DNA of 64,000 nt from Candidatus Hadarchaeota archaeon. GTDB lineage: Archaea; Hadarchaeota; Hadarchaeia; Hadarchaeales; JAWBSP01. The position numbers were made by a program, and so were the translations under genes. Numbering within the stretch: position 1 is the stretch's first letter; each line of letters begins with the position of its first letter. The DNA is taken from contig CAYYWO010000001.1 in NCBI GenBank assembly GCA_964474885.1, positions 82,619-146,618 of the forward strand, read 5' to 3'. The notes under the pieces are model-generated. The model was given only the letters and a program-made list of their open reading frames with translations. It did no database searches and was not told the origin of the DNA. Of the stretch, positions 29,461 to 38,449 are shown piece by piece.

Positions 29461-30101
29461 TGAGGGAGAGATTGTTAGAGGCCATCAGGAAGGCAAAAGA
29501 AAACGGAGGAAAGAGGAGGTTCGAACAGACGGTTGAGCTACAGATATCTTTCCGTGGAATAAATCCTAGGAGGCCCCAAGAGAGGATCACGGGTGAGGTA
29601 GTTTTACCGCATGGATGCGGGAAGCACAGGAGGATCTGTGTATTCGCTGAAAGGGAAGTAGCCAAAAAGGCTAAGGAGGCTGGGGCAGACTTGGTTTTGG
29701 GTAGGGAAGAGATCCAGAAGATAGGCTCCAACAGGAAGGAAGGGAAAAAACTGGCGGAGATGTATGACTATTTCTTAGCAGAGCCGCAACTTATGGCGCA
29801 TGTCGGAAGGCTTTTAGGCAGATTTCTAGGACCCAGAGGGAAAGTTCCACGACCTATAACCTCACCGGATCTGCATGCACTTTTTGACAAGATCAGAAGG
29901 ACGGTTTATTTCCGGATGAAAGACCAGCCAATTCTGTCCATGAGGGTGGGATCGGAGAGCATGAGCGATGAGGAGTTGGCGGATAATATTGAGGCGGTGC
30001 TTCGATTCTTGGAAACGAAGTTGCCTCGGGGGCTCTCGCAAATCAAGTCGATGCATATCAAACTGACCATGGGGAAGCCCCAGGCGGTGAAGCTGAGATG
30101 A
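29460..30101 (+). CDS. rpl1: 50S ribosomal protein L1
   Basis: 213 aa. L1 fold 'RRFEQTVELQISFRGINPRRPQERITGEVVLPHG'. Confidence 0.92.
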   Translation: MRERLLEAIRKAKENGGKRRFEQTVELQISFRGINPRRPQERITGEVVLPHGCGKHRRICVFAEREVAKKAKEAGADLVLGREEIQKIGSNRKEGKKLAEMYDYFLAEPQLMAHVGRLLGRFLGPRGKVPRPITSPDLHALFDKIRRTVYFRMKDQPILSMRVGSESMSDEELADNIEAVLRFLETKLPRGLSQIKSMHIKLTMGKPQAVKLR

Positions 30102-30979
30102 AGAAGGCCGAGAAGGCGAAGGTGGTGCAGGAGCTGAGGCAGAAGATCCGTGAGTATCCCACCGTAGCCGTTGTAGATTTCACCGGCGTACCCGCGGATC
30201 TCATGCAAGAGCTGAGAGCAAAGCTTCGGGGAAGGGGGGAGATCAAGGTTTCTAAGAAAACCCTGATTCAACGGGCATTGAAAGAGGAGGATAAGCCCAA
30301 CATAGCCAAGCTGTTGGAATACCTGAAAGGCCAACCCGCGCTAGTCTTTTCGAAGGAGAATCCGTTCAAACTCTACCGTTTCTTCGATGAAAACAAGAGG
30401 AGGGCACCAGCCAAACCGGGGATGGTGAGTTCCTCAGATGTGGTTCTTCAGGCTGGAGAACTGGATCTCCCCCCAGGACCTGTCGTTTCTACCCTGCAGA
30501 AGCTGGGGGCCAAGGCGAGGGTGCAGGCAGGGAGGGTAACACTCTTGGAAGATTTCACACTTGTGAAGGCGGGTGAGGTGATAGATGGCGAGAAGGCCGA
30601 CCTGCTGGCCAAGCTGAACATCTTACCGATTGAGCAAATGCTCAAAGTACATGCGGCCTACGAGAAAGGAATCATTTTCACCCCTGAGGTGCTGGGGATC
30701 CGACCCGAGCAGGTCATGGAGGATATAAAACAGGCCCAGCAGGTTGCTCTCAACCTCTCGCTCAACTCCGGATACCCAACTTCGGAGACCCTCCCTGTGA
30801 TGCTCCAAGAAGCCAAGCTGAGGGGTCTACTTCTGGCTGTCAACATAGATTACCCGGCTAGGGAAGTGGTTGGGCAGATCCTAGCTAAGGGGTACGTGCA
30901 GATGTTGGCTCTTGCTAGAGTAGTCGGACAGAAGGACGCGAGCCTGCTGGATGAAAGAATAAAAGGTATCGTGAGTTAG
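30098..30979 (+). CDS. rpl10: 50S ribosomal protein L10 (acidic P0)
   Basis: 293 aa. P0 N-terminal domain '[26 protein letters not shown]', conserved position after L1. Confidence 0.9.
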   Translation: MKKAEKAKVVQELRQKIREYPTVAVVDFTGVPADLMQELRAKLRGRGEIKVSKKTLIQRALKEEDKPNIAKLLEYLKGQPALVFSKENPFKLYRFFDENKRRAPAKPGMVSSSDVVLQAGELDLPPGPVVSTLQKLGAKARVQAGRVTLLEDFTLVKAGEVIDGEKADLLAKLNILPIEQMLKVHAAYEKGIIFTPEVLGIRPEQVMEDIKQAQQVALNLSLNSGYPTSETLPVMLQEAKLRGLLLAVNIDYPAREVVGQILAKGYVQMLALARVVGQKDASLLDERIKGIVS

Positions 30980-30984
30980 ACCAG

Positions 30985-31299
30985 ATGGAGTACATATACG
31001 CTGCCCTGATGCTGCATACGTTGGGCAAGAAGATCGATGAGGGCGCAATATCAAACATATTGAAGGCGGCGGGAGCTCAGGTGGACGAGGCCAGGGTGAA
31101 AGCCCTCACTTCTGCTTTGGAAGGGATCAACATTGACGAGGCTATAAAGTCGGTTTCTCTGCCAACTATTGCCGCACCATCGCCCCAGCCCAGTCCAGCA
31201 CCGGCCCCCGCCGAGGAGAAGAAAGAGGAGAAGAAGCCCGAGGAAGAAGAGAAGAAAGAAGAAGAGGCTCTAGCCGGGTTGGGGGCCCTATTCGGGTAA
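30985..31299 (+). CDS. rpl12: 50S ribosomal protein L12 (acidic P1)
   Basis: 104 aa. '[19 protein letters not shown]', Ala/Pro/Glu-rich hinge, C-terminal '[13 protein letters not shown]'. Confidence 0.9.
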   Translation: MEYIYAALMLHTLGKKIDEGAISNILKAAGAQVDEARVKALTSALEGINIDEAIKSVSLPTIAAPSPQPSPAPAPAEEKKEEKKPEEEEKKEEEALAGLGALFG

Positions 31300-31588
31300 T
31301 CCTCTACACCATTATTCACTCGTTCGTGTGACTTGACACATTCTTGTTTAAATGGGAGAACTGAGCTTCCCCCGCCTTAATGAGGGTTTTTGTTGGTTAA
31401 GGAGAGTCAACCTCTCTCCTTCAAGAACTTCCTGGCGGTTCTGAATTGGGGAGGCAGATATGGTACCCTAGTCACGCATAGTGCACCACCGCGTTTGCGA
31501 GCCTGTCGCACTCCTCAGGCAGCCCATAAGCAATCCGGTTTCAGATCCTGCTATCCAAGCGTCACCCACTCCCGTCGTTCCTTGACTC

Positions 31589-31630
31589 GCATCCTAAACC
31601 CAGGATGCGTGCCTACTCAATTCTTTTTCC
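31589..31630 (+). terminator. Hairpin plus T-run, candidate transcript 3' end
   Basis: Perfect 7-bp stem GCATCCT/AGGATGC with 6-nt loop, then 'TTCTTTTT' within 13 nt. Lies in a 490-nt non-coding gap after rpl12. Confidence 0.3.
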
Positions 31631-31789
31631 AAAGTTAGAGCAGGAACTTGCCTCCAACGGTGTGCACCGCACCTCCTGACCCTAGCTCGCGGTCTATGGC
31701 CGTGTTGAAGGGCACCCTCTCAAAGCGCTTCCTAAAAACCTGTGTAATCGCCCCCGATCCGGTATCATATCGACGAGAATCTCCCCGCG

Positions 31790-32209
31790 ATGAGAACTGG
31801 TCTCATTTTAAATTCTGGACTCAACCCCATACTACCTGTGAGGGCGTTTTCGATAATTCTGCTCGCAGGCATGCTGTTGCTCGGTCTCTACCTGAGCAAC
31901 TTTGAGCGTGATAAACTTTTGAGCGCACGCGTTACTGATATAATTGACGGAGACACCATTCGAGTCATTATTCGAGGAGAGGAGAAGAGGGTCAGGCTGG
32001 CAGGCATAGATGCCCCAGAACTGGGGGAGGGTGGGGAGAAATCGAGGGATTTTTTGACAATAATATGCCCTCCGGGAACTCCTGTGGAGTTGGAGCTGCT
32101 GGGTCGGGACAGGTACGGCAGGCTCCTCGCTGTAGTGTACCTAAAAGGGATTAACTTGAACGAACTCCTCGTGAGAGAAAACTTGGCCGAGAGAATCTGT
32201 AGTTTTTAA
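31790..32209 (+). CDS. Thermonuclease (staphylococcal nuclease homologue), membrane-anchored or secreted
   Basis: 139 aa. N-terminal hydrophobic segment, then 'TDIIDGDTIRVIIRGEEKRVRLAGIDAPEL' and 'RDRYGRLLAVVYL' SNase motifs. Confidence 0.85.
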   Translation: MRTGLILNSGLNPILPVRAFSIILLAGMLLLGLYLSNFERDKLLSARVTDIIDGDTIRVIIRGEEKRVRLAGIDAPELGEGGEKSRDFLTIICPPGTPVELELLGRDRYGRLLAVVYLKGINLNELLVRENLAERICSF

Positions 32210-32412
32210 ACCCTTCTGCTCGCGAGTCTTATGTCTTCCTCCCTGATGGTTCTTCTCTTCGCGTGATCCGCCAGCCTCACAGCTTCTGACGCGATCCGAA
32301 GTGCTTCCTCTTCTAAGATTTCCACCAGGACTTTCGCAGCCTTGTCGCTTACTCTCTTGGCACCTGCCTTTCTGATGAGTCTTTCAGCCGTTCTTAGGGG
32401 AATAATTCCCAT
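32206..32412 (-). CDS. Archaeal histone (HMf-type histone fold)
   Basis: 68 aa. 'IPLRTAERLIRKAGAKRVSDKAAKVLVEILEEEALRIASEAVRLADHAKRRTIREEDIRLA' is a near-canonical archaeal histone-fold sequence. Confidence 0.88.
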   Translation of the reverse strand: MGIIPLRTAERLIRKAGAKRVSDKAAKVLVEILEEEALRIASEAVRLADHAKRRTIREEDIRLASRRV

Positions 32413-32472
32413 TTTTTCTTTTTTTCTTGTTTTCTGCTCTTAAATAGCCTTTTTTTAAAGAAAAGAGCAATC

Positions 32473-33297
32473 TCAGCGTATTTCAATATCTAATACCACA
32501 TGATAGCATCTGGGGGCATAGGATCTCAGCTTCCTGGCACCTAGCACCTTGATTTTCCTTGGGATCTTCTCCTTCAAAGTACGGAGAGCTTTGGAGTAAG
32601 GGTCGGGATCTTCACCAAAGTCATAGTAATGTATTATGCCTCCCTCCTCCTTGAGAGCGGAAACGGCGGTATCCAAGAAATCTTTGGCGTGCTCCGGCAA
32701 AGGCATAAGCACCCTGTCCGCTTTTTCTATCTCCTTGACCTTCTCTCTTGCATCCCCGAGCAGAGGGATCACTCGGTCCCCAACCCTGTTCAGCCGGATG
32801 TTTTCGCACATGTACTCGAAGGCAGCTGGGTTTATGTCTATAGAGTAGATTTTGGAGGCCCTCGAATGTCTGGCTATGATAATAGAATAACACCCGACTC
32901 CTGCGAACAGGTTTGTGACGATCTCATTCGGTTTTACTTGCTTCGCTATCCTTATCCTGTCATAGGAAAGCCTAGGGGAAAAATAAACCTTTGCAAGATC
33001 TACCTTGAAGAGACACCCAGATTCCTTGTGGACAGTCTGGGTTTTCGGCTCACCGGCCAGGAACTCCAGCTTTCTCAGTCTGAACTCCCCTGACACGGGG
33101 CTTGCCTGCATGAGCACTGTCTTTATATTTTTTTGCACCCGCATAACCCCTTCCGCTATGGTTTTCCTGTAGGGGAGGAGCTCGTCCGGGAGCCTGAGTA
33201 CCGCTATATCCCCGATGATGTCAAATGCCCTCACCTTCTTCAGGAGCTCGGCAGGCACCGATTCAGTCAAGGCTTCTCTCAGGTTTCTGGGCTTCAC
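32473..33297 (-). CDS. tRNA methyltransferase of the Trm5/Taw2 (Met-10+) family
   Basis: 274 aa. 'FDIIGDIAVL', 'VYFSPRLSYDR', 'FAGVGCYSI', 'DINP'. Short length favours Taw2-like. Confidence 0.8.
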   Translation of the reverse strand: MKPRNLREALTESVPAELLKKVRAFDIIGDIAVLRLPDELLPYRKTIAEGVMRVQKNIKTVLMQASPVSGEFRLRKLEFLAGEPKTQTVHKESGCLFKVDLAKVYFSPRLSYDRIRIAKQVKPNEIVTNLFAGVGCYSIIIARHSRASKIYSIDINPAAFEYMCENIRLNRVGDRVIPLLGDAREKVKEIEKADRVLMPLPEHAKDFLDTAVSALKEEGGIIHYYDFGEDPDPYSKALRTLKEKIPRKIKVLGARKLRSYAPRCYHVVLDIEIR

Positions 33298-34205
33298 CTC
33301 TTCCAGTAGGGAGATTTGAGATCCTCAAAGGCCGAAATGGCTGCGACCGCCCCCTGTGCACAGGCTACCACTATCTGCCTGATGAGGCCTGTCACATCCC
33401 CAGCAGCATAAACCCTTGGTAGGCTTGTTCTCTGATTTCCATCCACTTTTATCCATCCTTCCTTTGAAAGCTCCAGACCCAGCTGGCGTGCCAAATGATT
33501 GTTTGGCACTTCACCGATCGCGATGAAGACTCCATCGACCTCCAGAGTCTCCCTATTGCCGGTATCCGTCTCCACGAGTTCGAGGCCCCTCACTTTGCCA
33601 TCTCCCAGAATCCTCTCCACCTTCCGGTTCAGCTTCAACTCGATACCTGTCAGCTTATCTTGGAGGTACTTCTCTGCTCTGAGCTGATGCCTGCGGTGTA
33701 TCAGGCAAACCCTGCAACCCAAATTCTTTAAGTACAGGGCCTCGAGAGCCGCCGAGTTCCCTCCCCCCACCACAGCGACCCTCTTCCCCCGGAAGAGGAA
33801 GCCATCACAAGTGGCACAGTATGATACTCCTTTCCCTAAAAACTCTTTCTCGCCTTGAACTCCGAGCTTTCTTTTCTCGCAACCTGTCGCGAGCAAAACC
33901 GCTCTGGTCTCGTATTCGCCCTTCGTCGATTTAATCCTGAACCTTTCATTCTTCTGGATCTCCAAGACTTCTTCTCCTTCATGTATGGACACGTACTGGG
34001 AGGCGTGTTTTTTCATTCTCTCTGCCAACTCATTCCCGCTCAGTTCTCCAAACCCTGGGAAGTTTTCTATCCATGGGGCTTCTCTCAGCATGCCCCCAGC
34101 AGTACCCTTCTCCAAGACGATACAATCGAGCCCAAGTCTGGATGCATAAATACCAGCAGTCAACCCCGCAGGCCCTCCCCCGATAATTATAAGCTCGGAG
34201 CCCAT
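33294..34205 (-). CDS. trxB: Thioredoxin reductase
   Basis: 303 aa. FAD 'IIIGGGPAG', redox-active 'CATCDG', NAD(P) 'VAVVGGGNSA'. Confidence 0.9.
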   Translation of the reverse strand: MGSELIIIGGGPAGLTAGIYASRLGLDCIVLEKGTAGGMLREAPWIENFPGFGELSGNELAERMKKHASQYVSIHEGEEVLEIQKNERFRIKSTKGEYETRAVLLATGCEKRKLGVQGEKEFLGKGVSYCATCDGFLFRGKRVAVVGGGNSAALEALYLKNLGCRVCLIHRRHQLRAEKYLQDKLTGIELKLNRKVERILGDGKVRGLELVETDTGNRETLEVDGVFIAIGEVPNNHLARQLGLELSKEGWIKVDGNQRTSLPRVYAAGDVTGLIRQIVVACAQGAVAAISAFEDLKSPYWKR

Positions 34206-34233
34206 TTTAAAAATAGCTTGTGGATTTTGAACC

Positions 34234-35451
34234 CTACGCCAGGCGGGATAGAATGACCGGGAGCATAAGGCAGCCCATACAATGAACTCTTCGTACTCCG
34301 ACCTTGGGCGGGAGCATCCCGATCGCAGTAGCAGTAGAGAGTATCACCAATCCTACAGGGCCGCAACAGTAAAAGGACAGCCAAGTTACCCAAAGCGAAA
34401 CCGTAAGGACGAGGAACCGGTAAGGGAAACGCGGGATGAAGATGGAGGCGAATTTTCCGAGCCTCAGGACGATGAGCGTGGCAAGACCGCCGGCAAAGAT
34501 GCAGGCACTTATCAGAACTAGGAGGGTGCTGAGGTCGACTTGGAGGAGTTTTCCAACTCCTGCAGCGATCCCCGTCCTCGTGCGGTGGATAAGGTAAAGG
34601 AGTACGATCGAGTAAAAAACCTTGAGGAGGTTTACTTCCCCTAGGCAAAGCAGGAACTCCTCACTTGTCTCGGAGCGTGTGATAGCCTGGGCCAAAGTTG
34701 TTGTTTGGGCAGGCCCCACGGCTGGGAGCATGCCCATGAAAGATCCGACGATACCTGCCGCACCCATGGTTCTCTTGTTCAGCTGGATCGGTTCGTCAGC
34801 GGATGATTGGGGAGGGAGTTCGTTTGTGGACTGCAGGCTCAGGAGGAGTGTGCTGAGACCGAACAGTCCGGAGAAAAGAGGGACAAGCGACGCATCCGCT
34901 GGGCAAAGCCCCCCGCTGAGGCATATTCTTCCGAGCAGGCCGGCGAGCGTGAAGATGAGTAATCCCCACAGGACTTTCCTCAGGGACCTTTCTACGTACA
35001 ACATGAGACAGGCTATCCCGATCAGGATAAAGCCCACATAATCGCTGAGTAATCCGTAAATCTGAGGTGCTAAAAGGAAGAAGAGAGGGAAGAGGAGTAG
35101 GCCTACAAGCAGGCCGAAAAGACAGCCTGAAGCCGATAGGCGCAGGGCCTGATAGCCTTTTCCCTCTCTGACCAACCTGTGGGCTGGGAGCACAGAAAGG
35201 GCTGTCCCCTCCTCGGGCACGCCTAGGAAAGTTGATGGAATGTAAGCGACGAAAGTATTTGTGATACCAGCACAGACGAGAAAGACCGAGGCCCATAGGG
35301 GATCCAAGCCTAAGGAAAAAGCGAGGGTTAGGGTAATGGGAATCATGTTGTTCGGATGTACGCCGGGGATTAAACCGCAGAAAGTCCCACATCCTACCCC
35401 GAGTAGGGCGTAGAGGAGGGGCTCATACATAGAGGCGTAAGCCAGCCTCAC
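34234..35451 (-). CDS. TctA-family (DUF112) integral membrane transporter subunit
   Basis: 405 aa polytopic. DUF112-type 'GxxxGxxPGxxPxxxI' repeats ('GTFCGLIPGVHPNNMIPITL', 'GMLPAVGPAQ'). Confidence 0.65.
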   Translation of the reverse strand: MRLAYASMYEPLLYALLGVGCGTFCGLIPGVHPNNMIPITLTLAFSLGLDPLWASVFLVCAGITNTFVAYIPSTFLGVPEEGTALSVLPAHRLVREGKGYQALRLSASGCLFGLLVGLLLFPLFFLLAPQIYGLLSDYVGFILIGIACLMLYVERSLRKVLWGLLIFTLAGLLGRICLSGGLCPADASLVPLFSGLFGLSTLLLSLQSTNELPPQSSADEPIQLNKRTMGAAGIVGSFMGMLPAVGPAQTTTLAQAITRSETSEEFLLCLGEVNLLKVFYSIVLLYLIHRTRTGIAAGVGKLLQVDLSTLLVLISACIFAGGLATLIVLRLGKFASIFIPRFPYRFLVLTVSLWVTWLSFYCCGPVGLVILSTATAIGMLPPKVGVRRVHCMGCLMLPVILSRLA

Positions 35452-36052
35452 AGGTCAACTTCAACTCTGGTTCTCCCTTGTAGAGCTGGACGAGCCCGCA
35501 AGCCCTCACTACCTGCCCCCGCCTCGGAAGGCTTTCCAATTGGAAGGGGACAAAGACCCTCACCTGACCACGATTCTCAAGTGTAAGCATGGTGTACGTC
35601 CCGATTCTCTTAATCTCTTTTACTTTTCCCTGTACTTTCACCACCTGACCGATTTTTTTCCAGATCCAGCTGAAGGGAATGGGGTGAACATGATAGATCT
35701 TAACGTCGGCAGGCGAGCCTGGTACCACTTGGAGTTCATCCCTGTAGGTGCCGGCCTTTCCCCTGACTTTCATTTGATCCCCAACTTCGAATTCTTCTAT
35801 CCCCCGTAGGACGCTCTTGAAGAGAGGAATCTCTAGGAAGCTATCACCATCCGTCAGCTCGAGAAAGGCGTTTCCCTTGGCGAAGTGCATACTGTAGATA
35901 GTTCCGAACACCTCCACTCTCCTCCCCAGCTGGCTTTCTACTTCATCAAGTTGAACTTGTTGTGGCTTCGCCCCAGCCGAGGAGATATACAGGAAAAACA
36001 GTCCGGCTAGTGCAAGACCTAGGGAGATCCTGATCAAGTTCTTCTCCTGCAT
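35423..36052 (-). CDS. Secreted protein with two OB-fold-like repeats
   Basis: 209 aa. Signal/TM 'ISLGLALAGLFFLYISSAGA'. Two similar segments: 'VEVFGTIYSMHFAKGNAFLELTDG' and 'VKVQGKVKEIKRIGTYTMLTLENRG'. Overlaps the TctA start, so likely co-operonic. Confidence 0.5.
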   Translation of the reverse strand: MQEKNLIRISLGLALAGLFFLYISSAGAKPQQVQLDEVESQLGRRVEVFGTIYSMHFAKGNAFLELTDGDSFLEIPLFKSVLRGIEEFEVGDQMKVRGKAGTYRDELQVVPGSPADVKIYHVHPIPFSWIWKKIGQVVKVQGKVKEIKRIGTYTMLTLENRGQVRVFVPFQLESLPRRGQVVRACGLVQLYKGEPELKLTCEAGLRLYV

Positions 36053-36126
36053 CGCTGTTGATTGAGAGGAGCTCCTTTTTAAATCGAAAACAATTGTCTG
36101 TTACTATGGTAACAGACACTTTACGG

Positions 36127-36201
36127 TAGCGGGGGGAGGATTTGAACCTCCGACCTCCGGGTTATGAGCCCGGCGGGCACTCCAAGCTGCCCCACCCCGC
36201 T
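36127..36201 (-). tRNA. Initiator tRNA-Met (anticodon CAT)
   Basis: AGCGGGGTGGGGCAGCTTGGAGTGCCCGCCGGGCTCATAACCCGGAGGTCGGAGGTTCAAATCCTCCCCCCGCTA. Archaeal initiator hallmarks: A1:U72 pair and three G:C pairs at 29-31/39-41. Confidence 0.88.
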
Positions 36202-36250
36202 CTAAAAATTTTCAGCTCAAGTGTTAAATCCTTCCTGCGTCGCCCAATTG

Positions 36251-37240
36251 ATGCTTGTTCTGGTGAGACCAGGCGAGTACTTTTTAAAGAGCGAGAGAAC
36301 AAGGCGCTTTTTTGAGCAGATACTGATCAAAAACATAAAGAGGGCTCTGCCGGATTGCGAGGTCGAGCTGGAGAGGGGGAGGCTTTTCGTCAGAACGGGC
36401 TCTAGAAAGGCCCTCCGGTGCCTAGCAAAGCTCCCAGGCATAAGCTCTGTGAGTCCAGTGCTCGAGGCGAAGCCCGAGGTGGATGATATAGCTAGGAAAT
36501 CGATTCGAATGCTCAGGAGGAAACTGAAAGAAGGGATGTCCTTTGCTGTCAGGACGAGGGTGGTGGGCCAACATCCCTTTTCCTCAAGGTACATCAACGA
36601 AAGAGTTGGAGATGCCATCAAGCGGGCAAAAAATGTGACAGTAGATTTAGAATCCCCCGATTTGTTGCTGGAGATCGAGGTGAGGGGACAAAAGGCTTAT
36701 CTTTCCTGTCGCAGGTTGCAAGGTGTTGGTGGGCTTCCGGTTGGTGCGGAAGGGAGGGTGATTTCTCTCTGCAGGGGAAGGCCAGAGGACCTTCTTTCAA
36801 CTTGGTTCGCACTGAAACGCGGATGTGATACAGTCTTGTTAATCCTCCACGAGTGCCCGGATCGCTTTCTGAAGAGATTCAGGAGACTTGGAGTTCCCAT
36901 GAAGGCATATTTTGTGAGGACTCGCAAGTGCCCCCGATCCGTGGCTCTCCGTCTGGCAGGAGATTTGGGAAAAGCGGAGGGAGCATGTGCTGTGATACTC
37001 TCGGATCGCTTAGATCAGCTGGACGAGGATGTGATCTCCCTTGATGGGTTCTGTGGGCTACCAGTCCTCCGGCCGCTGGTGGGTTTTACGGAGGAGGACA
37101 TAAGGAAACTTCTACAAAGATTTGGTCTCAGGAGGGTCAGCTCTCGTCAGACCAAACCCAATCAGGTTCCCCGGGCGGAAGTCGAGGTTCTGGCTTCGAA
37201 GCTCCGTGCGGAACTCCAACAGACACTATTATACCCCTAG
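36251..37240 (+). CDS. ThiI-like THUMP-domain protein (tRNA sulfurtransferase family) with degenerate PP-loop
   Basis: N-terminal ferredoxin-like 'LVRPGEYFLKSERTRRFFEQILIKNI', THUMP region, C-terminal 'LRPLVGFTEEDIRKLLQRFGL'. The PP-loop position reads 'SLCRGRPED' instead of 'SGGxDS'. The ORF track starts at 36221. Confidence 0.6.
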   Translation: MLVLVRPGEYFLKSERTRRFFEQILIKNIKRALPDCEVELERGRLFVRTGSRKALRCLAKLPGISSVSPVLEAKPEVDDIARKSIRMLRRKLKEGMSFAVRTRVVGQHPFSSRYINERVGDAIKRAKNVTVDLESPDLLLEIEVRGQKAYLSCRRLQGVGGLPVGAEGRVISLCRGRPEDLLSTWFALKRGCDTVLLILHECPDRFLKRFRRLGVPMKAYFVRTRKCPRSVALRLAGDLGKAEGACAVILSDRLDQLDEDVISLDGFCGLPVLRPLVGFTEEDIRKLLQRFGLRRVSSRQTKPNQVPRAEVEVLASKLRAELQQTLLYP

Positions 37241-37798
37241 CTTACGCTCAAGCTCGGAAATGGGATCCTCGGAGTCATCCACTTGCACCTTCGTAAATCT
37301 CTCACCCGCGATCAGGATTGCGGCAGATCTCTCTCCTCTTCTGTCGCCGCCAGCCTCTGCCCCAGCCTTCAAAGCAGCTAGGAGTCTGTTGGGCAGACTA
37401 CCACCCCTTCTGAAGGCCTGTGCCATCCTCACTATGACTTGAGAACTCCGCAGGAGATTCCCACCACAGATGAAGTTCTCACCTATCACGTGCCCGCTTA
37501 CCGCCGAGCACCTCCTTCCAGAGTGTGCAGCACATCCCCCCATTCCTAGCACGAAAACCTGTCTCATCTCCCTCCCCGGATCGGCGGCCAGCAACTTGTT
37601 CAGACACTCCTCAGGCTTCAGCCCCTTGCGCAGTAGCTCGAGTCCTCTGATGCCGTACGAGATGTCCGTCAAACCCTGAGTTGCGATGGCCCCTACACCT
37701 CTCTCCGCCCAAGGAACACGGTCCCCCACCGCTACGGAGCCCGATGCCACCGCGACGGCAAAAGTCCTGTTTTCCCTCGCTACTATGGAGAAGGTCAT
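37229..37798 (-). CDS. DUF1028-family (Ntn-hydrolase-like) protein
   Basis: 189 aa. Starts 'MTFSIVARENRTFAVAVASGSVAVGDRVPWAERGVGAIATQG', the typical DUF1028 N-terminus. Confidence 0.7.
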   Translation of the reverse strand: MTFSIVARENRTFAVAVASGSVAVGDRVPWAERGVGAIATQGLTDISYGIRGLELLRKGLKPEECLNKLLAADPGREMRQVFVLGMGGCAAHSGRRCSAVSGHVIGENFICGGNLLRSSQVIVRMAQAFRRGGSLPNRLLAALKAGAEAGGDRRGERSAAILIAGERFTKVQVDDSEDPISELERKLGV

Positions 37799-38424
37799 AA
37801 CAGATTCAGCAACTCCCTCAGATCCCTTATCACGAAGGGCCCCTCTTTTTTCGACGCCCTGTCTATGAGGTAGGCATTGATCCCGATCGATCTTGGGATC
37901 TCCAAGTCGAACTTTGGATGATCCCCTACATGTAGCATTTCTTGGGGCAGGATGTTAAGCTCCTCTAAGATGAGCCTGTAGGTGCGATTCTTCTTGACCT
38001 CCCCGAAATCCGAGAGGGCCGAGTACACCCGTTCAAAGAAGTTTATAATCCCAAGGATCCTTAGTTGAAATTCGGCGAAGTCTTTTGGTGCATTTGTGCA
38101 GACGATCAGCCTGTAACCCGTCAGTTTTGATAGCACATCCCGCACTTCTGGGTAGAGCTTGGCGGCATGGGCACAGGCCTCAAAGATGCTCTCCCTCCTC
38201 ACTTCCAGCCCGAACTTCTTGACCCAGTACTCCAGATCATACCACTCAGGCCTTTCATCCCCAACCTTCTCATATTGCCTGCGGCAGTACTCTTTAGCCT
38301 CCTCCCTCGTCATGTCCAACTTTTCCATCACTAGGCTGGGGAGGTACTCATGCCAGACTTCGTTGGCGAAGGTAGACATGGTTAGAGTTCCGTCTAGATC
38401 AAAGGAGATGATCTTCACGCTCAT
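37795..38424 (-). CDS. HAD-superfamily hydrolase
   Basis: 209 aa. Motif I 'ISFDLDGTL', motif III/IV 'HVGDHPKFD'. 4-nt overlap with the DUF1028 gene. Confidence 0.85.
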   Translation of the reverse strand: MSVKIISFDLDGTLTMSTFANEVWHEYLPSLVMEKLDMTREEAKEYCRRQYEKVGDERPEWYDLEYWVKKFGLEVRRESIFEACAHAAKLYPEVRDVLSKLTGYRLIVCTNAPKDFAEFQLRILGIINFFERVYSALSDFGEVKKNRTYRLILEELNILPQEMLHVGDHPKFDLEIPRSIGINAYLIDRASKKEGPFVIRDLRELLNLL

Positions 38425-38449
38425 TTTTTAAAAAGACTTCGAGGAGTTA

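Noticed and set aside
31300-31790. SRP RNA or RNase P RNA in the post-rpl12 gap
   Set aside because: Searched both strands by eye for RNase P CR-I ('AGGAAAGTCCGGGC') and SRP helix-8 ('GGAA...AGCA' pattern) and found neither. Left as an unassigned structured region.
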